A stretch of DNA of 61,292 bases, filler included, from Sphacelaria rigidula (taxonomy: Eukaryota), in NCBI GenBank assembly GCA_964200075.2. It is 5 parts of 5 records of this genome, joined end to end, with 100 filler letters (N's around TTAATTAATTAA, not from the genome) between each part and the next. Parts side by side here need not be neighbours in the genome. Positions count along the whole stretch, not along the records: positions 24,561 to 36,739 come from CAXNAA020004037.1; positions 36,840 to 49,016 come from CAXNAA020004038.1; 3 more parts are not named here. One strand, written 5' to 3'. Of the stretch, positions 27,136 to 40,830 are shown one piece after another (positions within the stretch are counted from its first letter, which is position 1; each line of letters begins with the position of its first letter). The translations under genes and the position numbers were made by a program. The notes under the pieces are model-generated. The model was not told the DNA's origin and searched no databases. It saw only the letters and a program-made list of their open reading frames with translations.

Positions 27136-28465
27136 TACTTACTCAGTTTCTGTTCGTCAAGATTCTCAATCGTGAGAGCTTTTTCATTTACTATGCGTCG
27201 CGCAGGCCAAGGTCCGGTTCGTTGTGGAAGGCCTGCTCCCTGCTGGCCCGGAATAGCGGATGAGAGCCGGTGAGTCAGTCCGTCGCGCGTGCTCGTAACA
27301 TCAAGTCCCGCAGTCACAGATTCCCCATGTGCGCTGCCACACGTGCACGCTGAAATTTCTCAATGTGCGAGCCAATGTACCCCAGTTTCCCGGTGTAGCC
27401 CACACGAGGTAGTCCGTATACTGTACTGCTTCACAATCATGCATCGAAAAGCGCGAAACGCACGAAGGGTCAGTGTTGCCTGCGGGTTCGACCGTCATGT
27501 ACTCGTCCGTGCTCGTCCTCGCCATGTTCCAAAGCGCGCCGTACGCCGTGGTATCGGCTCTAGCCGAAATGTTGCCTCGGTCAAGTCTCTACAAACAGCG
27601 CTGGCCCCGAACGTTTTTCCGCATAACAGCGCCGGGCAGGACTTCAAGATCGCAGGCTACGGAATAAAATTCCACGACACGGCCAACGATGGCCACACGC
27701 ACGCCTGTAACGGCCGGCGTCGCCCTCACCCCCACACGGGTTGCTCGAGCGGGATGTAATGTCGGGCCCGATTGTCCACACGAGAAGATCCATGACGCCG
27801 ACTGCAGGCGAAAGTATGCTGGTTTGTCTCAATGCCTCGAAATTAGCGGCGTCAATCTCAACCCTCACGAGGAAGACAATTCCTTCCTGACTTTGCACGT
27901 CCGTACGCTATCCAACATGACACTAGAGATCTTGACTTACTCTCTACGAGTAATTCACGAGGTACGCAACGAGGCCATCAATAGGGGAACGACTACGAGG
28001 ATCGTACGAAAACGTATGCAACACAGAAAGGGAGGGGCTGCTACGGTCTGCGCATTTGGCATCTGGATCCGCGGACTGTGTTTTTGCGACTTTTCCTTGA
28101 TGTGAGTGTTCGATCGCTTTGGGCGGGTTGATGTGGTCTCCTTGCGTGCGGTACTTGAGCAGGGAAAGACTTGGTAGGGCGCATTGCAGTGGCGGAGGGA
28201 GATGACCGCTGGGAGGGAGTGCCTTCTATCGCTGTCGGTGTGTGCTTGCTGTGGGTGAGACGTAGTGTGGGTGGTCACGTGGTGCCCGTGATTGGGTGGA
28301 CATACTGGTTGTCGTTCTCGGTTTGTTGTAGTCTTTTTGGAAGTATTTTCGGATTTGTCGTGACCCTTCTACGCGTCTATGAAGATGCCCATTTCCCTGC
28401 GTTTTACATACTTCGATCTTGGTCCACCATCAGCATTCCTGTATAACCACCATTTCCAGTGAGCG

Positions 28466-29290
28466 CCTGGCAGATGAAAGGAACATGACCCAAGATTCGC
28501 GCCTCGTGTACTCATGATCATGCATGCCATAGTCATCAGACCATTCGCGCCTCGTGGGGGAAAATAATTCACCCGGTCATGTTCACATGATAATCGTCGT
28601 GAACCATCGGCTGTCCTTCGGGGACATCGTCCATCAATTGACCCTGAGAGATGAAAATATATCACGTAGTTATTTTTCATGTGGTGATCGTCGTAAATAA
28701 TCGACACTCGTTTGGGAACGCCGTATCTGCTTCGACCCCGGCAAATGAGCGAATGTGACCCAGTCATTTACACATGATACTGGTTTCCCGCCATCATCAG
28801 TTGCTCAGGAGGCCGTTTTTGGTTCGACCCTGGCAGATGAACCGGTATGATCCAGTGGTGACGCACGATACTCGTTCTCCATCACCAGCACTTGTCCGAG
28901 AGCATCGTTTGTTCACCCTGGTAGATGAAATGTCGATAGCAAGAGACCTCACATATGGCACTCGTCGTTTTTCATGGGCAACTGCTGGGGCACTTGCTCG
29001 GGGACATCATCTGTACTCAGACCCTAGAAGGTGAAAATATGCTGGGCACAGAGTTTACACGTTACCATCTTATCCAACACCAGCACTCGGTCGGGGACAT
29101 CTTCGTTTACTTGACTTTGGCAGATGAAGGAGCATTAGCCGGTAATCTCACACATGACACAGTGGGTGTCCACCACCATCGGTTGCTCGGGGAGATCGAT
29201 TTCGGTTTGACCCTGGCAGATGAATCGGTATGATCCAGTGGTTACGCATGATACTCGTTCTCCATCACCAGCACTTACCCGGGTGCATCA
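28466..29290. repeat. About 96-bp diverged tandem array, about 8-9 units
   Basis: CCCTGGCAGATGAA-like anchors at about 28466, 28642, 28737, 28828, 28916, 29022, 29115 and 29211. Confidence 0.85.
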
Positions 29291-30916
29291 TTGGGAATCC
29301 CCATCATCAACTGTCCAACTTCACCCTCCCCTTGCACTATTCTGTAAATGTCTGGGGGAAGAATCTCCATTCTGTGTATAGCAAAGATCCGAATCATATG
29401 GTTGTGAGGGAAATTCTTGGCGAAGACACCTGTGATACGTAAGGGTTACGTGGATGACATACGCCGCACCCAATCCTCCAATATATGACACCGGGCACAC
29501 GGTGTTTTCGCTGTAGCCTACTTTTGCTGATCCTTCCTGAGGTACCCCCGTAGACTGGAATGTCAGATACCGCTCCACCCCCCGCCGGTGGGAAAATTAC
29601 AAGTTTTAGATATCTCCAAGTGAGAAAGAAGACCACACAGAGTCCAAGAGGGTGCCCACACCAACAACAAACATGAGTACTTCGCGACGCCAGTCAGAGG
29701 CGTGTATAACCCTCACTGTCATAATAAATGCGTATCTGACACACTGGAATGGCTATTTTTCCTTCTGGTGCCATGCGGTAGGTATACGTGGCTATCAATC
29801 ATACAGGAGTCTTCTCCTCAATTGTTTGCAGGTTGATTGATCCTCATTTGTTGCTCTCTCGCATGAGATTGATCACCTATATCTTGCTGAAACGGTCCGT
29901 CATATCACACTGAACGATTTTTTATTATTGATACCATAATCCTAACTGTCCGTATGTTGTGACCATATCAACACGACCCGCCAAGTACTTTGCTGGTGCC
30001 CACTTACTTGCTGTATCAGTCCTTCCCAGGTGGCTATCCCTCTGGCACCGTTCGCTTTGCTTGCCGCACTGCCTGTGCTGCAGCGATCGACTGCATTTAC
30101 GCCGTGGTACCTGTACTGTACTTCTGCACTGCCGTGGTGCAGTGCATGCACTTCACTAGTAATTTGGAAGCTTGTCTCTACCCGCATCGTAGCCTCGCAA
30201 CAATGCACAGCGTCTGAGCGGCCAGCGGTAATCCAAATGCTACTATAATAGTCGTGTGCCAGTTACGGTACGTCGCAGTAACCTCGAATTGGGTAGGCCC
30301 AAGGGTCGATCAAAAACAAATTTCGGGACACGTAGGCCCCATGATCGAAATTTCGAGTTTTTGAGGAGGGGGNNNNNNNNNTAACGACTATTTTCGGACC
30401 ACTTAGCCGCCAGGTTCTAAATTTCGAGTTTTTGAGGAGGGGGGGGGGGGGACGTCCTGCTTGCTGTCTCTTACTTTTATGCCGAGACGTTGGCGGATGC
30501 GATCGACTACCGCGTGCAGAGATCCTTGGCATGGAGACCGCCGAGATGACGAACACACCGCCCCTCCAAGCTCATCGCCTACCATGATTACATTTATGGG
30601 ATCATGTTCCGTATCGTGTGCCGCCTAGACTACCCACCGCTAGTCCGGGCAAATTTGGCGAAGCGTGATATCATGTTTCTACTTTGGACACAGGCTGTCG
30701 CTACCGTGCGCTCGTGTATCGTATATAGATGTGTTTGAGCGTTGCCGGCATTCGAGGTCATCGGAACAGGGTGGGCAATAAGGAGCAGAAGCTAATATAC
30801 GAGCCTCGCAAAGCCCGCCAGACTTGTCGGTTTTTGTCAGTGTACATTTCAATGTCTTCCAAAAATGTCAACAAAAACATTAATGCCAATTTTCGATAAA
30901 TTGCCCTCCGGGATGG

Positions 30917-31170
30917 AACACTTTCTACGATAGTCCCCCCCCCCTCCAAAAGTGGCTGGTTTGGGGAAGAAAAATCTACACGTAAATCGTACGGGAAAAA
31001 GCTGAGCACAACGACCAGCTGGGAATTCCCATCCTCGCGTTGATTTTTGCCAATGTCGCCCGTACGAGGCGCTTCAAGCCACCAGAAACCAAACATCCGA
31101 TGCTGCATGAATATTTTCTTCGTGATAGTTTCGGGCTGGTGTTTGTGGGGCGAGTATCGTAGAAAGTGCC
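30917..31170 (+). mobile_element. MITE family B, copy 3
   Basis: Same TIR and body. Confidence 0.85.
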
Positions 31171-31574
31171 AAGGGGGTGGGGGCTCCGTGTCCGAAAACG
31201 TTCTCTTAGCACACCATTGGTAGACCATATATACGGTAGACATATACAGTATATATACTATCATGCATATCTGAAAGTAGTATAATGTACAAGAGCAGGC
31301 AAGGTTAAACACTAGGAAGGTATCGGGATATAAAAGGGGCCCCATCAAAATAGCACAGAAACCACAGCCCCCCGCCCCTCTCATCCACCCCAGTGCGACG
31401 ACGAGAATAATCACCATAAAAAAAATAAGGGTTTTCGTTTTGCCGACTACTGTACCGAAATCCGGTTGCTTGGGGGGCCACGGCTCTTGGGGTCTAGTTG
31501 GTGGGGCCTCTTGGGATATGTATGGTAATCATATCCCTCGTTGCGACCGGCAATCTGTGCATCGCACCTATTGT

Positions 31575-31960
31575 GCATCGAGGCATACTCCTTGTGGATG
31601 CAACATACAGCATGGTGATACAAGTCCCGTATCAGGCTACTCCTACAGTAATGCACGGTGGCGTCCTGCCTGTTCCCTGGGTGCACGGCCGGGTGGGCCG
31701 CCGGCGCCTTTCGTGCCGAGCCATGCTATTGCCGTTCTGCAGTTGTAAATCGGCGTTCTGTTCAACGCACATCTTGTACAATGAGGCATGCACCTTGCGT
31801 ATGCGACATACAGCATGGTGGTGCAAGTCCCGTATCAGGCTACTCCTACAGTACTGCACGGTGACGTGCTACCTGTTCCTTCGGTATACGGCCGGGCGGG
31901 GCGCCGGCGCCTTGCGGGCCGACTCGTGCTACTGCCGTTCGGTAGTACAGCTGTAGATTG
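31575..31960. repeat. About 203-bp tandem duplication
   Basis: CATACAGCATGGTG..CAAGTCCCGTATCAGGCTACTCCTACAGTA occurs twice (about 31604 and 31807). Confidence 0.85.
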
Positions 31961-34709
31961 CGTGCTGCCAAGATATCTTGCTGCATGACCATGCCTCTAT
32001 ATTGTCTACATCGAGCCTGAACTTTGGGAGTACTTTTGTGACATGTTTACCTCGATGGCCGCACTCGACGGCAGGTGCGTCGGCGCTTGCTCCAGCCGAG
32101 CCACCCTCGCTTGGATATTGTCAGCTTTCAATCAGCACTATCTTCCGCGCCTGAAACGCTAAATACAATTTATTCTCTTCCATTTGCATCATAACGTATT
32201 TTCATACTCTAATATAAACAGTACTCTGTACACAGTCAGTGTTACGCCGGGGATTTTTTTTTTACCATAGTCTTTTGAACGCCTCCACGAAAAACGGTGA
32301 AAAACGGTGGATAATGGCAATGTCCTGATTTCACAAGGATCGTCCGCACCCGCTGTGCATGCAGCAGCGGCCCAGACAGCATCGCCCAGGCGGAAGGAGC
32401 ATGCGCGTGGAGGATTGAGGTATGTTGATATATAGACAGGCAAAATCTCTTGCAGATTGCAATGACAAAAGTGCTCTATGCCGGAAGTTACAGCAGAAAC
32501 CGTCCTGCCCAGGGTGAACACCACCCCCCCTGTGAAACCTGACCTCCGGTGTTATGGGAGAGCACTGCGCTCGCGTAACACCACCGGCAGAGACATAGAG
32601 AACGGTTTGAGCATCTGTACAAAGCAGCAGTTCCAGTTCAAAAGGATTTACTGAAATACATCCATGTAGCAGATGAAACGAATTGACTAAAGTTTGAAAA
32701 GTTTGAATGTTGCTCCGCACCAGAACATGGGTGCTGCAGAGAGGGCCCCTTTCCGTCGTACAAGCTGTTTATTTCAGTACAGTATAGCCCCGCGCAGTAC
32801 AAAACCATGCACCCCGGCGCAGTACAGAACATCACACCGCATGCAACGAAGTGCAGTGCAGTATAGAGTATTGTGCAGTCTGTGTGGTGTTATTTTCGGG
32901 TATGAACTGCGCCGGCTGGCAGAAGAAACACTGTGTACAGTACTACTGTGCTGTAATACGTAAATGGCGGTCGTGACTATGCATCAATATTCACGACGTT
33001 GCGACATGCGGCCCTGGGAAATGTGTAATTCAGGGGGTTGTGTGATCGATGGAGAAAGGTACCACACGCGCCTGGTGCCCTTCGAGGCGCGACGATCGCA
33101 CTTTGAAAACGTGCACCTGGGTTCCAACGACCACCAACGTGGAGGAAAATCAGCAGAGTGTACAGAGCGCGGCAGGTGTCGAGAAACTCTTATCTAGAGC
33201 GAGGCTCGGCGTCTTCTTTTCTCTCCGAATCCAGGGGAAATGCTGAAATCCATTATTTTTTCGACGAGGTGCAAAACGCCGAATGCTTCAGTTTCAAATT
33301 CTTATTTTGCACAGGCATAGGAGTAGCGGGCATCCAAGGTACTCCCCTGCCCTTATCCTCTGCCAAAAGGGACTGCAGGATCAGTTTTGTACCGTGCGCT
33401 GGCAGTAGGTAAGCAGTATGTCAACCACTCTTGTTCCTACAGACAAAATCGGAACAAATACAGTACAGTATTATAGAAGTTTGGGAAAGATCGTCATTAT
33501 CCACGGGGTGTCCCAGTAGAGATCAGTGTTATCTGCCAGTTCAAGAGAGGAGGCAGCTTCGCTGGGGGGCTGATGTAGCCATGGCGGTTGCAAAGGCAGG
33601 TTCTTATTATCCTGAGGTGCAGTTCATTGTTGCATATTTTTACCTGCCGACCCCCTTGCACTTTCCGACTTCTTACTCTTATTTTCCCTTTGAGTTCACC
33701 ACGAATGCTTACCAGTAACTTCTTCAATTCACAAAAAAACGGGCCTGAGATTATTACCTACGAAATTTCTGACATCGGTCGCTCCTGTAATCGTACATAA
33801 ATTTCGAGTCGGGAAGTTGGACATTACACAATACGATGCGATGATCGGATGCGGCGACCATGACAGATGGTGATGCAGCAAGGAAAACTCCGTTGTCGGT
33901 GGATCTCGCAGCACGAGAACCGCAATGTGGGAGGCACCTGGAATCAAACGCATTGGTGTGCAATCCTACCCCACCCACCCCCCGGTGTATCTGCTTACCG
34001 TAGGTGCGGAAGATCCCCAAGACTCACACTTGGGATGCTACGTCTGGAGCACTTCTCAGACGCTAGTCGGGGCAGTCCGAACGTGAGATACGACACCGCA
34101 ATCGATCTCGAGGTGAGAGCACCACAACGCACTTGATGCAGTAATACCGCGGGAAGAGTAAGTGCTGAAGATCGCGGGCACCTGACTACATTACACTCGT
34201 TCCCGCTGATTATTCTAGGTGTTGAATGGAATTGAGTATACATATATTTCGGAATGACATCCTGTCCCATGAACCCGCGACTCCTACGCTCGCAAAAAAA
34301 AAGCCCACACGGCTAACACGTTGTGCTCATCTATCATTTTTCCGTATCCTCTGGAAAGGTTGTGAAATGCCTGCACCATTCCCAGCGCTATCCCGTCTGA
34401 CATATATCACATCCACGGTTGACAACGGATCTCGATCGGCACACTCCGAACGTACAGCGCCGGTGGGAAATCTGAGGGACATTGCCGGGGGTCACGCCGG
34501 CGAAGTGGGCGCAGTGCGAGAGCGGCTGAGCCCCCCATCATATGGAAAGAGACGGTGACTGTACTCTTCTCTGCCTCGGAGGCGTCAATAGCGTCTACCG
34601 ATGGCGCATCTATTGAAAGTCGGGGTCGGCGGAAGGGTGCAACAACCGTCGGAGTGCAGAGCGCGACAATCTTGAATGTAGATCGGGCGGGGAAGGCGCG
34701 ACTTGTGAA

Positions 34710-35549
34710 ATGTCGACTGCTTCGGCGTGCGAAAACAACACGCGGGACGTATCGTCGTGGAATCCGCCGGCGGTACTTTTCAAGGGCGTGGGTAATATCC
34801 CCCCCAAAACTGGGACAGCTGCCGGTGGTAGGCTCATCGAGGTGCAGAATTCAATATCGTCTTCCAAGGCGAAAAAAAGAAGTACCCCGCCCAAGTCCGG
34901 CAGAGGCACACCCCCGCATGCTCACGAACGGAGATCGAGTCCAAAGACGACGGCGAAAAATCACCCGGAGGTTGATAACGCATGGGGAGCATGGGATGAA
35001 CAACACAAGGCGGCATTGCAGCACAGAAACGGGGTGAAGGAAAATCTACTCGTGGTACAACACTCTCCCGGTGAAACATCAACATCCGCATCCCCCGACA
35101 AAGCAGAAGGAGGACCGGTTCCAGCGTCACCGGGAGGATATTCCACTCCGTCGGGACGAAGTAACAAGCGACCAGGCTCACCGCACTCGTCGCTACCAAC
35201 AACTTCGGACGCATCAGCGTCAAACTCGAAGAAGAAGAGTAAGAAGACGAAGAAGGCTACCGTTGTTGCCACCCCAGGGGTCGACGCAGGGGCTGTCAAC
35301 ACCTCATCTGCGGTGGGTTCGGGACAAGAGGAAGTAGCGCCGGGGCCAATGAAAGGGGCTGCCAACGAGGTTATAAGAAGTCCTGAGCACCGGTCACCAC
35401 AATCTAATGCTGATCGTGGTGAACGTAGCGCACGCGGTGCAAGAGGGAGGATGCCAATGCGTCGCCGTAGTTCTCAAGTTCCCCCCGGAAATCGTGATAG
35501 CTGCAGGAGGGATATTTCCACGCCGGTGAGATCTAACCCGGCTATTTGA
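34710..35549 (+). CDS. Possible large terminal exon or ORF, Ser/Pro/Lys-rich disordered protein, unknown function
   Basis: 279 open codons with basic clusters (KKKSKKTKK) and no recognisable domain. The true start is unknown. Confidence 0.4.
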   Translation: MSTASACENNTRDVSSWNPPAVLFKGVGNIPPKTGTAAGGRLIEVQNSISSSKAKKRSTPPKSGRGTPPHAHERRSSPKTTAKNHPEVDNAWGAWDEQHKAALQHRNGVKENLLVVQHSPGETSTSASPDKAEGGPVPASPGGYSTPSGRSNKRPGSPHSSLPTTSDASASNSKKKSKKTKKATVVATPGVDAGAVNTSSAVGSGQEEVAPGPMKGAANEVIRSPEHRSPQSNADRGERSARGARGRMPMRRRSSQVPPGNRDSCRRDISTPVRSNPAI

Positions 35550-36739
35550 AAAAGGGGGCGTGGAAGACCTAAGCGGGGATGGGGTCGCGATGTGTGTGGC
35601 ATGCAGGTCCCACTCGTCGACGACGCATGCTAGGATTGTTCTCCTTGCGGTCGGATACACGATCCGGTATCACGGCTGTGCTTCGCGTGCCATCGACCAG
35701 GTCCCGGCGAAGGCAACATCTGGCGTCATCAAGGCGCGGCACGAGTACCCAAGGCTCGGCTATTTCTGGGGTTATGTGAAGATGGTGATGATGCGCGCCC
35801 GGCTTCGCTTCTACAGAACTTCCAGCCTAGTTCAGATTACTGATGCAGTCGGCCTGATTGTTTGCTGCGTTGCCTTGAGCGACACAAGGTTAGGAGTGAT
35901 ATACGGAAGGCAAAGTCCGTTCGTCTGCCTTGCTCCACACCTCCGACCGTTGGCTCAACCTCCCCCTTACCCCTGCCGATTGCAGAAGCACACCGTAAAG
36001 TGAATCAGATTCCGAGTGCAGCGGGTTGTAGGGAGAGGATTCGGTATCGGAAGCGGGCAAAGACCATGACGATGAATTCGCGTTTTGATTTAACCTGTGT
36101 AAAACGTTGAAGACATGTATCGTGTAAATAGATTGCGCAGGTATATGTGTAACCGTGGCTGTTGTTGTCTCCTCCTCTAGGTATTGAGAGCCTGTTTCTT
36201 GCGTTGATAGGAAAGGTGTGTTGTGCTTGGTGTGGTGCGCCCTTGGGTGCACATCAATACGGCGAGTAGTCCGGCAATGCCCTTGGGCGAATCGCCGGTT
36301 GAACGTGAAGACAGGCATTGCTAGTAATCAAACGATTCATGAAACATAAATCAGGTAGAGGACATGGACTTGCACTTGACGTCTTGGAGCACTGTGCGGC
36401 CCGGCCACTGCACGCGTATCGAATCCAGGAGTTAGGCTGTGTCAAATTTGGTTCTGCACAGCGGGCGAACCGCCAGACATCGTTGGTAACACCGATCGCA
36501 GTTGATATTCAAAATTGGGGATGCACTTTTTCAATGAGGATGACTACCATGTTAAAATGTTGTTATCTACACCAATTCTTCGACCCCTTGTTGCATTCGT
36601 TCACGTACTGGCAGCCATTGGCGACAACTGTAGGCCAAACAATTGTGGATGCAAAGAACCGAAACTTCAAGGTCCAAGGTGAAAAGGCGATGTTGAGTCA
36701 TCCTACGATAAGGGGGGGGGGGGGATTTTGGGCCACTTC

Positions 36740-36839
36740 NNNNNNNNNNNNNNNNNNNNNNNNNNNNNNNNNNNNNNNNNNNNTTAATTAATTAANNNNN
36801 NNNNNNNNNNNNNNNNNNNNNNNNNNNNNNNNNNNNNNN
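36740..36839. other. Artificial contig-joining spacer
   Basis: Same N/TTAATTAATTAA/N linker. Confidence 0.97.
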
Positions 36840-37851
36840 CTCATGAGCCTCTTTTTTCGTGCAACCAAATCCCCCCCCCCCCCCCTTATCGTAGGGTGAC
36901 TCCTTAGTCATTTCGTCGTGTTCCTTCCCGCGCATTTTGGTACTGACTGCACCCTCTTGATAAGCCATCGTGCTGTCAACGAAGCACACGCCCGAACGCA
37001 GACCTACCCTCTTGCTGTAAAAAAAACTAAATATTGTCCCAATCCCAACCAATACCCGAGAGCGCCTCTTATAGCTGTATTCATACCTCGAAGTTTCCTG
37101 TGCTCCCGTCCAAGCATGCCTCCAGCGAGCGCGCTACATTTCCTCGGGGTGGAGGTGTTTCGTGTCCTTGATCTCGTAGGCGCTTGGTTATGCGTGCCGG
37201 TAAGGGTCCGAGAAGAGCTGCCATGTTTATCGCCTGCGTCGGTCATTAAAACAGGTGGACACTTTTCCAACTCGGACTTCCGACGAAGTACGATGTGTCA
37301 AGCCCTCTTTCGGGTGTCATAACTCCGAGGGATCCCGTCATTGACAGCTCTTCCGGAGACCCCGGCTGTCTATACAGTACTCATAATCTATAATCTTGTG
37401 GCGTATGTTTCACATCAATCCCATTTCGCGTGGCCACCCGACAGTGTTCGTTTGTTGACCCCAAGGGGCCGATATTTTGTCTCCCGAACGGTGACTCTAT
37501 GCTGATGAGGAAACGTTGGCGGGAATACATGTAACACGGCTTCCAGAGCGTACCACCGACTACTGACTTGTAACCGGTGGGAAACCGAGTGTGCGAGTGG
37601 GGCATTTCGTGATTGTCGCCGATGGGTTTGGTTCGTCTGCACGACATTTTGATGCGCACGCTCCGACAGTGGGAAACTGCTGCAAAGCTTAGCTACGATT
37701 GGGCGTAAGATCAACGCGAGTCATCACTGTGTCGACAACGAAGCTCACGGGTTAGCGTACAATACGATACGTGTCGGGCATGAACGTTTCGTGGCGTGCT
37801 TGAACGTCCATGTATCGATACAAATGCGTGAGCAGTCGAACGGATACTCAC

Positions 37852-38011
37852 CAGCTCTCCTTCATCTTCTCCCGGAAACAGCGGTCTCCCTGATCGCATC
37901 TCCACCGCGAGACAAGCGCATGCCCACACATCCGCCGGGGTGCTGTAGTCCATGGACCCCGCAAGCATTTCTGGCGCACGGTACCAACGGCTCCCAACGT
38001 ATTCGGTCCAT
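37852..38011 (-). CDS. CDKL/CMGC-like protein kinase, exon 6 (TEY activation segment, APE, subdomain IX)
   Basis: CAG acceptor, RWTEYVGSRWYRAPEMLAGSMDYSTPADVWACACLAVEMRSGRPLFPGEDEGEL, GTGAGT donor. TEYVxxRWYRAPE is typical of CDKL/MAK/MAPK-type CMGC kinases. Later exons were not found before the contig end. Confidence 0.95.
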
Positions 38012-38692
38012 CTGTCATTGACAGCAGAAATTATGGAGAAACAAAGAGAAGTATGATGTCCGAAAGAAAATAAATGAAAAGCGACCGTGAATCGGCCTTC
38101 GTGAGAAGCGACTTCAAAGTAATTTATTGCATGAAACAATTTACTTCGTCCGGAAACTCTGCCGCTCTTGTGGAGGTTGCTTTCGTCATCAACTATTTCA
38201 CTTTTGTTTTGATATGATTCATCTCGGAGCGGTTTTGAGTCATCATCCATAGCGTGTCTTATTGAAAACAAACTAAAAATCTGTCGAGAAAAACACTGAT
38301 GCCATGTCTGTAGGTGTTACCGACAGGGGTGCATTCAGTAGCAATACTGCAGTGCTCTGGAATGTTTGAAAATGATCTAGAGGTTCGTACCATCGGGCTC
38401 CCGGACATAATCACTTCACGTGCGGTATTTTTCAGTTGATAGTAGCTCCTTGTCCGAAAATACAGCGCAAATATCTCAAAACTCCGCGATCGCTGACCTT
38501 CAACTCACCATAACGACTTCGCTTATCGTATCAACTCTTCCGCCTACGAAGGAAGCATTCGCACATCTTACTTTCAGGCGTTTTTTTTTTCAAGATGGAA
38601 TGCCTTGCGCTTCTCGAGATATCCACTGGCAAAACATATGAAAAGTCATATGATTCGGGGAAATTTCGCGCGAACGGTTGACTGTGAAATAC

Positions 38693-38793
38693 CTCCTGAC
38701 ACCAGCATCCTCTCCGTTTTCGTTGCCGTTAACCGTGACGCGAGACGGGCCCACCTCTTCGCCCAACCTGCGCGCTGTGCCCAAGTCGCAAAG
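38693..38793 (-). CDS. CDKL/CMGC-like protein kinase, exon 5 (DLG motif)
   Basis: CAG acceptor, LCDLGTARRLGEEVGPSRVTVNGNENGEDAGVR+AG, GTATTT donor. Phase 2 matches exon 6. Confidence 0.88.
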
Positions 38794-40830
38794 CTGGAGG
38801 AGGCGAATCGACGAGCGCCCCAAGTCGGCGGTTTTGTGGGGTGACAAAAGGCAGTTATGTGGGGTGACAAAATAGCCATGCTTCGATAGGGGGGGGTGGG
38901 GCGGCGTACTCATTTGTTGCTTGCCTCAGCCGTTCAACCATTGACCACGCATCCTTTCCGAGAGGGAGCACGGGGGGGGGGGGGGGGGGGGGGTGACCCC
39001 CAAAAAAAGGGCCGTAAGATTGCCCCAACCCCCCCCAAAACCCCCCGGTCCGTGTTTTTTTGGGGGANNNNNNNNNNACGTCGCGCGGTTTATTTTCCAT
39101 GCTGTCGATGTTGTCGGGCAGGGGGTAGGGGGGGGTTGTGTGATTCCACGAAAAAATGGGCTCATAGATGCCTCAAACGGCCTCAAACACTCGCGATGCG
39201 CTTGTATTTGGGTGAAAGCTGTGGAAAGCAGTATGAATGAGCGTTGTTCATCGGGAGCAAGCGCATTCACACAACTGTTGACTGCGTTTAACAGCGATTG
39301 AAGTGATTTTTCGTGAAAGAAAAATGGCCCAAAACACCCCCCCCCTCTGTCGTAGATTGACTCAAAAGGCGGATGTTCTTCTACGGAGATTTCGAGCACA
39401 CGCACACGCTTTGGCCGATCACGCGAGCGACTACATGCGTATTTCATTTTCAAAAATTCACTCACGGTCTGACAGTTTCGAGGTACGGTAAAGGGCTTGG
39501 TCGGGGGTCATCTCCTTTTGTGGGTGTTCAATTTTCAAGCCCCGTCGAGAATATATAGAAAGCACTTCGTCCTGCCTGTACGAGTCGCCGGCGTATACGT
39601 CAGGGGGGCTGAGCCGTCAGGGGGGCCTTACATGGTGTTCTTTATGGTGCTGGCGGCGCTGACCCTGCTCGTCTCGCTCGTGTCGGTCATGATGGGAGAC
39701 GGATTAAGTGAGTGTGCGTGCGGGAATGCTATTGGCCACTCAACACCGTAGCGAAACATGCAACACCCCCCGTGAGTGATGCATGCTGCAGCACTTCATG
39801 CTCATCACTCCCAGGGTATATGTGTTCCCCGTGGCGGTATTGTTGTCGACCATGAGCCACAGCACACTGACGTGGCATGCAGCGGCTCTTCTCACCTTTG
39901 GCACATGTCGTTTCAAGGGTGATGGGGAATGTCTGAAATAAAAACGAAAACAAGGGGGAAGGTGATGTGCGCTGCCCCAAATAATATGCAGAACGGCTCA
40001 GCTACTGCAGGGTACATGTCGTTGTAGGGTGCCTGGGTATGACCCGGATGACTTGAGCGACCGGTGCTCAGAACGCATATCCTTCAACCCTTCAGGTGCC
40101 GGAGTTGAAACAGGCCACATATGATTGTTCAAGACCCCATCTTCTTTTCGTGGCATACACTATTGTTGTTGGGTATACATGATTGCTTTGAGCTCGTCGA
40201 TCGTATGGGCAGGGCTGGGTGTTGATGATCCGCTACTTCGCTGCATATGGATGTTGTCCCTGTGAATAGAACCATTACAAAAAGCCTCGCGCTGGAAATG
40301 GGGCAAGCAAGTTGCGCCGCGCGCTACGAATAAGCGTGTGTTTAAAAGCTGTGCGATCCAAGAACGGTTACGGATCTACGAGGCCCACCCTTTGCTCGTT
40401 CCAGTGACGTCATGCGACACAGAAATTAGGACGATATTCAATATTCAGAACACTGCTTGGCAGAGATCGCCATGTTTTGCTTTGAATGCCAGGGTTTTGG
40501 GACAGTTGACAACTTCCCTCCACCCCTGCAATACACAGGACGAGCGTGGTCCGGCGAAAACCCGACATGCTCCGCTCCGACTTTGTAGGGATGCGAGGCC
40601 AATGGTCATACGATGATGGCACGCAGTATCATGAGTACATTCCCCCCCATACAGGAAGTATCACCACGACATAACGTGGACGCCGTTCATCGCCTCACTG
40701 AAAGGAACCTACTACCCGTCTTTCCTTCTCCGACTCGCTAAGTTCATAGGTTTCTTAGGCGGCCACTTGCCGCATATAGAATCGTTATATAAATATATAT
40801 GAAGACGGCGAAAATGTATTCCAAATTAAA

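Noticed and set aside
29442..29565. RVPGVIY peptide resembling ribosomal protein bL25
   Set aside because: The match is short, with no supporting splice sites or further motifs.
37415..37637. Candidate kinase exon 7 after a TGCAG acceptor
   Set aside because: The translation shows no subdomain X/XI similarity.
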